From Candidatus Heimdallarchaeota archaeon (GTDB lineage: Archaea; Asgardarchaeota; Heimdallarchaeia; JABLTI01): a DNA stretch of 50,351 bases. Position 1 is the stretch's first letter. Each line of letters begins with the position of its first letter. Positions 39,926 through 48,107 of this stretch are shown in pieces. The notes under the pieces were generated by a model that was given only the letters and a program-made list of their open reading frames with translations, searched no databases and was not told the DNA's origin. Both the position numbers and the translations under genes were made by a program. The stretch lies in the NCBI GenBank assembly GCA_019058275.1, contig JAHLVW010000105.1, forward strand, positions 1-50,351, written 5' to 3'.

Positions 39926-41275
39926 TTACAAATCAAAAGCCCGGTGAATTCGTATTAATTTATCTGAATTCGGATTGCGTTGCGGAGATTCAAATCTAAC
40001 TTCTACTGATGGTATTTGACAATTATAGGAAGAAAACACTTCTTCTATTTTCAAATGTATGTTCTTGAAAACCTTTTCTTCATCACAATCTTTTGTTTTC
40101 AAGAGAATACGAACTAAAACATTGTTGTAATCTTTCTGAATTGCTTGATATTCATCGATTTCCTCTGAACTAGAGATAATAGCTCTACGAATGTAATCAG
40201 GAAATATATACTGTAACTCCTCAGTACCATCTCGGTGAGCCCAAAATAAATCATCTGCTCTACCCATTATTTGCTCAATAACTCGAAAAGATGAACCACA
40301 TTTACATTTTTCAGGTGAAATCGTTATAATATCATTCAATTCAAAGCGAATGATTGGTTGTGATTTTTTATTGAGATCTGTCACAATCATTCTGAAGCAA
40401 GGTTTACCTGGTGGTGTTTGATTGCCATTCTGATCCAGGGTTTGTACATACATTAAATCTTCATTGATATGTAATGAGCCATGTTTACAAGTCATGGCGA
40501 TAGCTCCTTCACTACCTTGATAAATTTGATGAACCCTGGTATTGAATACTTGTTCAATCTCTTTTTTAATATCAGGATGAAGTACTTCTGCATAGGAAAC
40601 AAGTCGTTTAGGTCTAATATCTAATCGTCCTTCATTTACTTCTTTTACTAATATCTTCAACATAGACGGCGGAGCTGAAAGGATATTTGGTTGGAATTTT
40701 TGGAGTTTATTTCTAATCTTCTCGAGAGTAAAAAGTAAACTTATGTGAGTTAGCCTTTGACCAAATCTGTTAACTTGAAAAGCTGGTGTTGTTATTCGTA
40801 GAAGAAAAGCCCATTTTATTCTAAGAATCTTGGGAAAATTAAATCGCGCAAAAAGTGCTGCTGCTAAGTATTTTTCTTCAGCTGGACTCGTAATAACAAT
40901 ACCTTTACTACCACTAGTTCCTGAGGACATAGCAATATTATAACCACGAAATCTTTCTGAGTAGTTTTGCTCTTGCTCAATTCTGGTTGTAAAATCAATT
41001 AACTCCTTTTTTGTGAAGCTAACGGTATTATAATCAGTCAAATTACCCATCATAATTTTCTTATTAGTTAAGGGTAAATCCCAAACATTATTGAGATCAT
41101 GATCTTTGTAATGATTTTTGAAGAATGGAGCATTCGCAACTGCAAATTTTACAACTTCCTGTCCTTTTAATAATTGATATTTTTGCAGTTTTTCTTCAGA
41201 CATTCTCTTGAATCGTCTTTTACAACCCAAAAAGAATCGTATAAAAGAATCAGTTTCAGTCATTTTTCTCAACAA
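39926..41275 (-). CDS. Adenylate-forming enzyme (PaaK/F390 synthetase-like, ANL superfamily)
   Basis: SSGTSG (A3), YQGSEG (A5), RFELND (A7), GRADD (A8), terminal K motif. Confidence 0.85.
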   Translation of the reverse strand: MLRKMTETDSFIRFFLGCKRRFKRMSEEKLQKYQLLKGQEVVKFAVANAPFFKNHYKDHDLNNVWDLPLTNKKIMMGNLTDYNTVSFTKKELIDFTTRIEQEQNYSERFRGYNIAMSSGTSGSKGIVITSPAEEKYLAAALFARFNFPKILRIKWAFLLRITTPAFQVNRFGQRLTHISLLFTLEKIRNKLQKFQPNILSAPPSMLKILVKEVNEGRLDIRPKRLVSYAEVLHPDIKKEIEQVFNTRVHQIYQGSEGAIAMTCKHGSLHINEDLMYVQTLDQNGNQTPPGKPCFRMIVTDLNKKSQPIIRFELNDIITISPEKCKCGSSFRVIEQIMGRADDLFWAHRDGTEELQYIFPDYIRRAIISSSEEIDEYQAIQKDYNNVLVRILLKTKDCDEEKVFKNIHLKIEEVFSSYNCQIPSVEVRFESPQRNPNSDKLIRIHRAFDL

Positions 41276-41290
41276 ACTATTTTTCAGCTT

Positions 41291-42532
41291 TTAGCTTAAT
41301 AATTCATCAAGGATTTTTTTAGAAATTTGTCTTTTTAATTTGAGAGGAACTTCTATGCTTTTTTTGCTTTTCTGTACAATTATAACCTCATTTGTTTCAC
41401 TAGCAAACCCTTGCTCTGTTTTATCCAGATAATTAGCAACAACCATATCGATTTTATGTTCCATCAAACTTTTTTGAGCTCTTTTCTCAAGTTCATCTTT
41501 TGTAACATCAACTTCTGCTTTAAAACCAACAATACGAGCTTTTGGGAATTTCTCTTTAACATAATCAATAATTTTCGGAGTTTGTTTCAATTCCAATGAC
41601 AGTGTTTTCTGTTTTGAAGGAATTTTACCTTTTTGCTTTTCAGGTTGATAATCTCCAATTGCTGCTGCGGAGATAAAAATATCAATTGCTTTAATTTTAT
41701 TAATTGAATTAATAATATCTTGTGGAGTTTCAATATGAATGGTGTAGATGTCTGTTGATGGAACTTCTAAACTAGTTGGTCCTAATAAAAGAGTTACTTC
41801 AGCACCACGGCTTACAGCTTCTAAAGCAAGATTGATTCCCATTTTTCCTGTACTTGGGTTACTAATGAATCGAACTTCATCTAACCAAATTCTAGTTGGA
41901 CCGGCTGTTACGAGAACTTTTTTTTTTGCTAAATCATCTGGCGTAAGCATTCCTATAATTTCTTGGAGTATTTCTTCATTTTTAGCGATTTTTGCTTTTC
42001 CTTCTTCCTTTCTTGGACCTATAAATCTAACACCATTTTTCTTTAGCTTCTTAATGTTCTCAACAACCATCGGATTATCATACATTGTCGCATGCATAGC
42101 TGGGACAATAGCTATTGGTATACCTGTTCCAAAAGCTGTAGTAGCAAAAGTAGTTACAACAGTATCATCAATTCCATTAGCAATTTTACCAATTGTATTA
42201 GCGGTCGAGGGGGCAATTAAAAGTAGATCAGCTTTATCGGGATGTTTTCCACAGAGATGAACATGTTCGATTTGTCCGGTTAATTTTGTAATAACAGGAT
42301 TTCCAACTGCCCATTCAACTAAATCAGGTTGAATTAAATCCATTGCTGCAGCAGACATAGCAACATAAATCTCAGCACCATTCCTCATTAACAAACGGGC
42401 AAGATGAACGATTTCTAAAACTGCAACACTTCCAGTCATTCCAATGACTATTTTTTTACCAGCTAATAAATCAGATTTTATACCTGTTATTTCTAATTTT
42501 GATGAATGGTCAGATGGTCTAAATCTTGTCAT
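41291..42532 (-). CDS. coaBC: Phosphopantothenoylcysteine decarboxylase/synthetase (archaeal type)
   Basis: GMTGSVA, IEHV, APSTANTIGK..GIDD, PAMH..M, EEGKAK (archaeal Cys-less clamp), TAGPT, RFISNPSTGKMG, GFKAE, VAN. Confidence 0.96.
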   Translation of the reverse strand: MTRFRPSDHSSKLEITGIKSDLLAGKKIVIGMTGSVAVLEIVHLARLLMRNGAEIYVAMSAAAMDLIQPDLVEWAVGNPVITKLTGQIEHVHLCGKHPDKADLLLIAPSTANTIGKIANGIDDTVVTTFATTAFGTGIPIAIVPAMHATMYDNPMVVENIKKLKKNGVRFIGPRKEEGKAKIAKNEEILQEIIGMLTPDDLAKKKVLVTAGPTRIWLDEVRFISNPSTGKMGINLALEAVSRGAEVTLLLGPTSLEVPSTDIYTIHIETPQDIINSINKIKAIDIFISAAAIGDYQPEKQKGKIPSKQKTLSLELKQTPKIIDYVKEKFPKARIVGFKAEVDVTKDELEKRAQKSLMEHKIDMVVANYLDKTEQGFASETNEVIIVQKSKKSIEVPLKLKRQISKKILDELLS

Positions 42533-42535
42533 TAT

Positions 42536-43738
42536 TCAATCTCCTAGTAATAATATTTCAAGATCTTTTATGAAATTGTCAATCGTTTCTTTTGTTACAT
42601 GTGGCATAACTACAATTCTTATCCAGTTTGAGTATATAGATAGATGCCATCCTTTCTTTTCTAATTCCTTAACTAAATCGACATTTTGCATTTTTGTATT
42701 TGTAAATCCAACAATATTTATCGTTGGATCAAATACTAGCTCTATCTTCTGAGTAACCTTTAATTTTTGAACCAAGTATTGTGTTACTTCTAAAGATTCT
42801 CTAATACGTTCAAGAATATAAGATTCGCCCATTTTCTGGAGTAAAACCCAAGAAGCTACAACAGAAGTACCTGGTCGAGTTCCTGTTATTGTGAATTGTT
42901 TAGTTGATGAATCTGATAAATATGAAATATTTTTTGAAATGGTTTCAACTATTTCTTTTGAACGAAGTATGATAGAACCACCAGGAATTAAGCTCCCTAG
43001 AATTTTATGTGTATCCAAAGAAACACTCATTACACCTTCATTTTCAAAACCGAATGAAGGTGAATTATAACCTAATTTATCAAGATATGGAAAAATTGTC
43101 CCTCCATAAGCAGCATCTACATGTAGGAATAATTCATGATCAATAGCTAAATCACTTAATGCTTTGATATCATCACATATACCTATTCCAGTTGTACCTG
43201 CAATACCAACTATTCCAACTGTATTCTCATCAATTGATTGCTTTACTGCTTCAATGTCAACTTGATAATCTTCTGTTAATGAAACCCAATCAGAATTTAA
43301 GTTTAGAATGTCTGCAGCTTTTTCAAAAGAAACATGAGCTGATTTTGGGAAAATTATCTTGCCATTATTAATACCCTTGACTTTTCTGCTCCAATTGCGT
43401 GCAGCCCAACAACCTATTAAATTGGATTCACTACCACCTGATGTAATCGTTCCACTCCAATTAACTGGCGCATTAACTAACTTCGATAGATGATTAAGAA
43501 CTTCTTTTTCTAGTTGTACGGTTTGAGGAAATAATCCTGGATCTCCTAAATTTATTGCTGCATATTTAGATGCAATCTCTCTGGCAATATCTGGTGGCAG
43601 AGTACACATCGAGCTTAAAACTTGATTATATGATGCTTCCTCACCTAGTAGTACTCTAAGTTCTTTAAACAAATCAGCTATAGTTTGAACCTCTTTTAAG
43701 TAACTCATTTTTCTTGCACCTAAATTAATTTCATTCAA
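42536..43738 (-). CDS. mfnA: PLP-dependent L-aspartate/L-tyrosine decarboxylase (MfnA; beta-alanine supply)
   Basis: LSSMCT.P, NLGDPGLFP, TSGGSESN, AHVSFEKA, HVDAAYGG, DTHK (PLP Lys), GTRPG; start may be 43708. Confidence 0.9.
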   Translation of the reverse strand: MNEINLGARKMSYLKEVQTIADLFKELRVLLGEEASYNQVLSSMCTLPPDIAREIASKYAAINLGDPGLFPQTVQLEKEVLNHLSKLVNAPVNWSGTITSGGSESNLIGCWAARNWSRKVKGINNGKIIFPKSAHVSFEKAADILNLNSDWVSLTEDYQVDIEAVKQSIDENTVGIVGIAGTTGIGICDDIKALSDLAIDHELFLHVDAAYGGTIFPYLDKLGYNSPSFGFENEGVMSVSLDTHKILGSLIPGGSIILRSKEIVETISKNISYLSDSSTKQFTITGTRPGTSVVASWVLLQKMGESYILERIRESLEVTQYLVQKLKVTQKIELVFDPTINIVGFTNTKMQNVDLVKELEKKGWHLSIYSNWIRIVVMPHVTKETIDNFIKDLEILLLGD

Positions 43739-44681
43739 GAAACGATTTTTCCAATGATAAAATTTCGTTGTAAATCTCTTGATTATGGACTACTTTAATA
43801 TTATGTTCTAAACCTAGTGTTACTATTCGTCCATTAATATAGTCAATTTCTGTCTTTCGTTTATTTCGAATGTCAGATAACATAGAACTATAATTTTCAC
43901 CTGTTTTCTTAATGATTTCAAATGTGTATTCTATTGGATTTTCAGTTGTCAATTTAACATTTAATTTTTTGGTAACATTCCAAGCCTCTTGTGCCAATAA
44001 TGTAGCTTTTTCTCTTAGAGGTTTTTGATTGTAGATTTCAAAATTCTTTACATTGTGAATTGCTGTCAAAGGATTTAATGCACAATTAACAATTGTTTTA
44101 GTAAAGACAGCCCCCAAAATATTATCTTCGAGAAAAGAATTAACATCAGATTCTTTCAAAATAGATAAAAGTCTTTCCGCTGGAATTCTTTCTTCTGACG
44201 AATTATATCCAATAAGTGTTTTTCCATCACCTGTAAAATCAACGACTCCATGTTCAGGTCGACAAACACCAATAGACGTTACTACTCTTAAAACAATATT
44301 TTTACTGAAAATTCCTTTTAAAATATCCTCAGTTCCAAGACCATTTTGTATTGAAACAATCGTAGTTTCAGGAAGTATGAGATTCTGTATCTGTTTCGCA
44401 GCTCTTTCAATTTGATGTGCTTTAGTTGTAAATAATACAAACTCTAGAGATTTTTCTGATTCTAACAGATATTGTTGTACTTTTTCTACCTTGTCAAAAG
44501 CAGCGATTTTAACCTCTCGATTTATTAAACCCTGAATTCTTAGAGAATTATTATTTATTTTATCAACATGAGCTTTTCTACCAAATAGTATTATATCATG
44601 ATTTTTGGCAGCTACCAAACCACCAAAAAGACTGCCTACACTACCACTCCCCATTACTAAAATCAAAAATTCAACCCCCAT
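43731..44681 (-). CDS. panE: 2-dehydropantoate 2-reductase
   Basis: GSGSVG, TTKA, IQNGLG, K.IVNCALNPLTA, SSMLSD...KTEIDYING. Confidence 0.93.
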   Translation of the reverse strand: MGVEFLILVMGSGSVGSLFGGLVAAKNHDIILFGRKAHVDKINNNSLRIQGLINREVKIAAFDKVEKVQQYLLESEKSLEFVLFTTKAHQIERAAKQIQNLILPETTIVSIQNGLGTEDILKGIFSKNIVLRVVTSIGVCRPEHGVVDFTGDGKTLIGYNSSEERIPAERLLSILKESDVNSFLEDNILGAVFTKTIVNCALNPLTAIHNVKNFEIYNQKPLREKATLLAQEAWNVTKKLNVKLTTENPIEYTFEIIKKTGENYSSMLSDIRNKRKTEIDYINGRIVTLGLEHNIKVVHNQEIYNEILSLEKSFLE

Positions 44682-45486
44682 AAGAATATTCTAATGTGGG
44701 ATATTCACCTTCCTCAACTTCCTTAGCATAATCTTTAGCTGCTTTTAAAATAGTCTTGCGAAGGTTGGCGTATGTCTTTACAAATTTAGGTTTATGTCCA
44801 GTAGTGCAACCAAGCATGTCATAGCAAACTAAAACTTGACCATCACAATGTGGACCAGCTCCAATGCCTATTGTTGGAATTTTTAAAGCGTTGGTTATCT
44901 TTTTTGCAACATCATGGGGTATTGCTTCTAATATAATTGAAAAACAACCAGCTTCTTCTAAGCTTTTTGCTTGTTGGATTAATTCATCTTCAGTATAGAA
45001 AGATTCAGGTTTTCCTTGAACTTTGTAACCACCTAATTTGTATGCAGATTGTGGGATCAATCCAATATGCCCTTGTACGGGGATTCCAATATCAACTATT
45101 GCTCGGATTTCTTTTAACCGTGTTTCACTTGCACCCTCTAATTTCACAGCTTCAGCATGACCTTGTTTTATTAATTTACCAGCATTTGCTACTGTTTCAT
45201 CAATTGTCAACCCATAGCTTAAGAAAGGCATATCACCAATAACCAAACTATAATTCTTAGCACCCCTAGTAACTGCTTGACAATGACGAATAGACATATC
45301 TAATGTTACTTCTAAAGTTGTATCAGCACCATAAATGGTTTGACCCATTGTATCACCAACAAGTAATACATCTATTTTTGCTTCGTCAAATATTGTTGCC
45401 AAGCTATAATCATAAGCAGTCAACATGGAGATTTTTTTACCAGTTTTTTTCATTTTTTGTATATCAAATGCTGTTATTTTTGCCAT
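44671..45486 (-). CDS. panB: 3-methyl-2-oxobutanoate hydroxymethyltransferase
   Basis: MLTAYD, LLVGD, DMPFLSY, VKLEG, GHIGLIPQ, TIGIGAG, CDGQVLV. Confidence 0.97.
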   Translation of the reverse strand: MAKITAFDIQKMKKTGKKISMLTAYDYSLATIFDEAKIDVLLVGDTMGQTIYGADTTLEVTLDMSIRHCQAVTRGAKNYSLVIGDMPFLSYGLTIDETVANAGKLIKQGHAEAVKLEGASETRLKEIRAIVDIGIPVQGHIGLIPQSAYKLGGYKVQGKPESFYTEDELIQQAKSLEEAGCFSIILEAIPHDVAKKITNALKIPTIGIGAGPHCDGQVLVCYDMLGCTTGHKPKFVKTYANLRKTILKAAKDYAKEVEEGEYPTLEYSYGG

Positions 45487-45488
45487 GA

Positions 45489-46280
45489 CTATCCTTCCTT
45501 GAGCTGTTTCTGAGCTAATTTGATTAGTCTATCAGACATAAATCTAAGGCTATCTTGAAGTAAATTATTGTTATCATATTTATCAATAATGGTTATTAGT
45601 TCTTCTTTGGATTTCTTTGTCAAATCATCAGCTATATCGAGCATCTCTCGAGTAGCTCTTCTTACATGATTCACTATTGTCACATTACTCCAAACAGATG
45701 TTCTTGACATTGGATTTAAATCAACACTTATGACTTTTTTTCCCATTTTCCTTAGAACCATTGTTCTGTCACCATCTTCCAATGGAACAAAAACAACATC
45801 AGCCAGGAAAATCCCATTCAGATCTACTATTCTTCTTTTATGGGTTATTTCAGGGATGCTTTTAGCTCGATCACCTAAATGTACTCCAAGAACTTCTTTA
45901 GCACCAGCATCCTTTAAAACAGATTCAATATTTTTCTCTCGCTCTTTAGTACGGTAAAAAAGATTTACTTCTAATTTTGCTGAGGTTTTTTCTGCAAGCT
46001 GAACTAATTCTTTAGGACATAAAACAGCTACATTACCATTTACAGAAATTACTGGATGTTCAGCTAATAGAAGTATAGCAACTGCAGCTTCTTCTTGAAT
46101 CAAAGCGTATGCAGGAGTTTCTTCACCCAGAATATAATCGAATGCTTCCCCTCTTCCATGAGCAATTAAACCTGCCTCAGCAACAATCTTTTGATGCATA
46201 CCATCAATTATTGCATGTCGCTCTTTCAATGATAAATATCGAGGATGATCTTCTGGTACTTCAGTCAAAAATCTCACCAT
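45489..46280 (-). CDS. 4-phosphopantoate--beta-alanine ligase (phosphopantothenate synthetase, PPS)
   Basis: VPEDHPRYLSL, GLIAHGRGEAFDYILGE, SVNGN, EVNLFYRT, VPLEDGDR, DLNPMSRT. Confidence 0.95.
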   Translation of the reverse strand: MVRFLTEVPEDHPRYLSLKERHAIIDGMHQKIVAEAGLIAHGRGEAFDYILGEETPAYALIQEEAAVAILLLAEHPVISVNGNVAVLCPKELVQLAEKTSAKLEVNLFYRTKEREKNIESVLKDAGAKEVLGVHLGDRAKSIPEITHKRRIVDLNGIFLADVVFVPLEDGDRTMVLRKMGKKVISVDLNPMSRTSVWSNVTIVNHVRRATREMLDIADDLTKKSKEELITIIDKYDNNNLLQDSLRFMSDRLIKLAQKQLKEG

Positions 46281-46293
46281 AATTCAAGTGGAA

Positions 46294-47208
46294 TTACCAA
46301 ACTGCTACTTTTATTGGACCTACATTAGCTAAAGCATCAATCCAAATTTTAGCATTTGGGTCATAATTATCAATGATGTTACTGCATTCTTCCAAATCGT
46401 AAATATCCCCGATTACGAATAATGATTCACCTAACATAACCATGTTTGCTCGAAATTCATCCTCTCTTAGATATTCGATTAATTCTTTTAACTTACCAGT
46501 CATTAACCCCGTTTTATTTGCGAACTCATAACTAACTCTTAGAAATTCATCTAAAGTTGGATTTTGTTCTAAATCAGCTAAAAGCTTTTCAGAATTAGTA
46601 TTTATTCTGTTTATCATTTCTTCATTAGTAATTATTTCTTTGGTTGAAAGCTTACCCAAAGTGGCCGTTAATATCATTTCCTCTTTTGGCCAATCAAGTA
46701 GTTTTATTACACCAATTCCTGGTGCTCCAGGTTTTAGTCGAATTTCTGCGTTCCCTAACATTTGTGCTATTACATCACCAAGACCAGTTCTACAGGAAAC
46801 CTCAGCAACATGAGCCATTTGACCTAATTCTTGATTTGATTTCTTAGTATCAAAAATCTCATTTAATGCCAAAGCTGTTCCAATAGCACCTGCACCACTT
46901 GTTCCATAACCGGCTTGAATTGGAAAATCGCTCTTATGATTAATTATTAGGGATGATTTTTCGAAATACTTCCCAAAATTATTTGCAACAGCTTTACTTA
47001 CTTTACCATCAATCTCTTGATCATTGTAGAGAACTCTAATCTGCTTCTTTGAAGATTCATCATATTTTACAAGTGTTCTAATACGATTAGAGAGAGAAAA
47101 TCCAGCACCACGTGAACCCATCAATAAAGGATTTTCATGTTCAAATATTTGAAATACGCCAGTGATGTGTGCTGGTACAGCCCATATGCTCGATTTTCTT
47201 ATTGCCAT
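46294..47208 (-). CDS. Pantoate kinase (GHMP family, PoK)
   Basis: PAHITGVF, GSRGAG, PIQAGYGTSGA, AHVAEV...TGLGDV, PGAPG, MVMLGES. Confidence 0.93.
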   Translation of the reverse strand: MAIRKSSIWAVPAHITGVFQIFEHENPLLMGSRGAGFSLSNRIRTLVKYDESSKKQIRVLYNDQEIDGKVSKAVANNFGKYFEKSSLIINHKSDFPIQAGYGTSGAGAIGTALALNEIFDTKKSNQELGQMAHVAEVSCRTGLGDVIAQMLGNAEIRLKPGAPGIGVIKLLDWPKEEMILTATLGKLSTKEIITNEEMINRINTNSEKLLADLEQNPTLDEFLRVSYEFANKTGLMTGKLKELIEYLREDEFRANMVMLGESLFVIGDIYDLEECSNIIDNYDPNAKIWIDALANVGPIKVAVW

Positions 47209-47367
47209 AATTTTTCTATTGTTCTGAAATGTATTTAGATTTAAGAAATTACTTCTAAATCTTTTTAACTAGAAAATTTTTTTAACATCTATATGCTTGT
47301 AGTGAAAGAATAATTGTTTCTATTCCTAATGATTAGTGATTAAACTCAAACAGGAGAGTAGTCAACA

Positions 47368-47720
47368 ATGGCAGAAATAACAACTATAGAAGAATCTAGT
47401 AAGTATAATTTTGGAAAGTTTCTGATAGCATTAGCTCTTGTTATATTTGCTTATGCTGTAGCAATTGGAGCAGCTTTTGGTATTGGTTATGGATTAACCA
47501 TTTAGCTTGGTACCCACTGTGGATTACCTTAGTAGCCGATGTTGGTGCTACATTAGTAATTTTCATTTTCAGTGTTATTTTCAATAATGTTAGTTTTTAT
47601 GATCCATACTGGAGTATTCAACCCATTGTAATTGCTGTATATTGGATGTTCCTCCCCCAAGCAGCAAGTGCAAATCCTATAAGACAGATGATTATTATTG
47701 GTTGTGTCGCCTTTTGGGGT
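47368..47720 (+). pseudogene. DUF1295 (steroid 5-alpha reductase-like) membrane protein, frameshifted and truncated
   Basis: Fragments in different frames: ...ADVGATLVIFIFSVIFNNVSFYDPYWSIQP...FWG; homology stops at the GGGG tract at 47716-47719. Confidence 0.8.
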
Positions 47721-47756
47721 CGCAACTGTTGCCCTAAAATATGGACAAATAGGACA
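47716..47756 (+). repeat. 41-bp imperfect direct repeat, copy 1 (putative IS607-type element end)
   Basis: GGGGT-CGCA-ACTGTTGC-N7-TATGGACAA-A-TAGGACA; GGACA motifs 9 bp apart. Confidence 0.75.
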
Positions 47757-47870
47757 TCATAGGTTTTAGGTGGGCAAGGGTAATATGCTAAGGGAATTAT
47801 TGAGAAAGACTAACTAGTAAGAAGGGTTTCATTAGCTGGCATGAAATTATCAGAGTGGGCACAACAAAAA

Positions 47871-47911
47871 GGGGTTGTGACTGTTGCTGTTTTTTATGGA
47901 CAATTAGGGCA
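47871..47911 (+). repeat. 41-bp imperfect direct repeat, copy 2
   Basis: GGGGT-TGTG-ACTGTTGC-N7-TATGGACAA-T-TAGGGCA; GGACA/GGGCA motifs 9 bp apart. Confidence 0.75.
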
Positions 47912-48107
47912 GAGTTAGAAATCATTCATTTAGTAATTTAATAGAAATTTTTTACAAGAATATTTTGAGAATTAAAAGAAGGAGGCAGTTTGGATAGCAA
48001 AGATCGATCGGCAATAGGTGAATACAATGAGAGTTTGGGATATTTTGCTATTGCAAACCAATTAGTGACATATTATAATCTATCAATTGTTTTTTTTGAG
48101 ATTGTAG

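Larger units (their letters stand above)
47716..47911 (+). mobile_element. IS607-family remnant: left end plus first 12 codons of tnpA (47841-47876), interrupted by a second similar end
   Basis: MKLSEWAQQKGV resembles the N-terminal HTH start of IS607 TnpA (MKLSxWAxxxGV/I); it lies about 125 bp inside repeat copy 1 and is cut at repeat copy 2. Confidence 0.6.

Noticed and set aside
41748-42260. Long antisense ORFs (e.g. 170 aa opposite coaBC; others opposite DUF354, elp3, rrp42)
   Set aside because: They mirror well-supported genes codon for codon and show no independent motifs
47716-47911. The two 41-bp repeats as a CRISPR mini-array
   Set aside because: Only two divergent copies 155 bp apart, with no cas genes or leader; no CRISPR array was seen anywhere in the window
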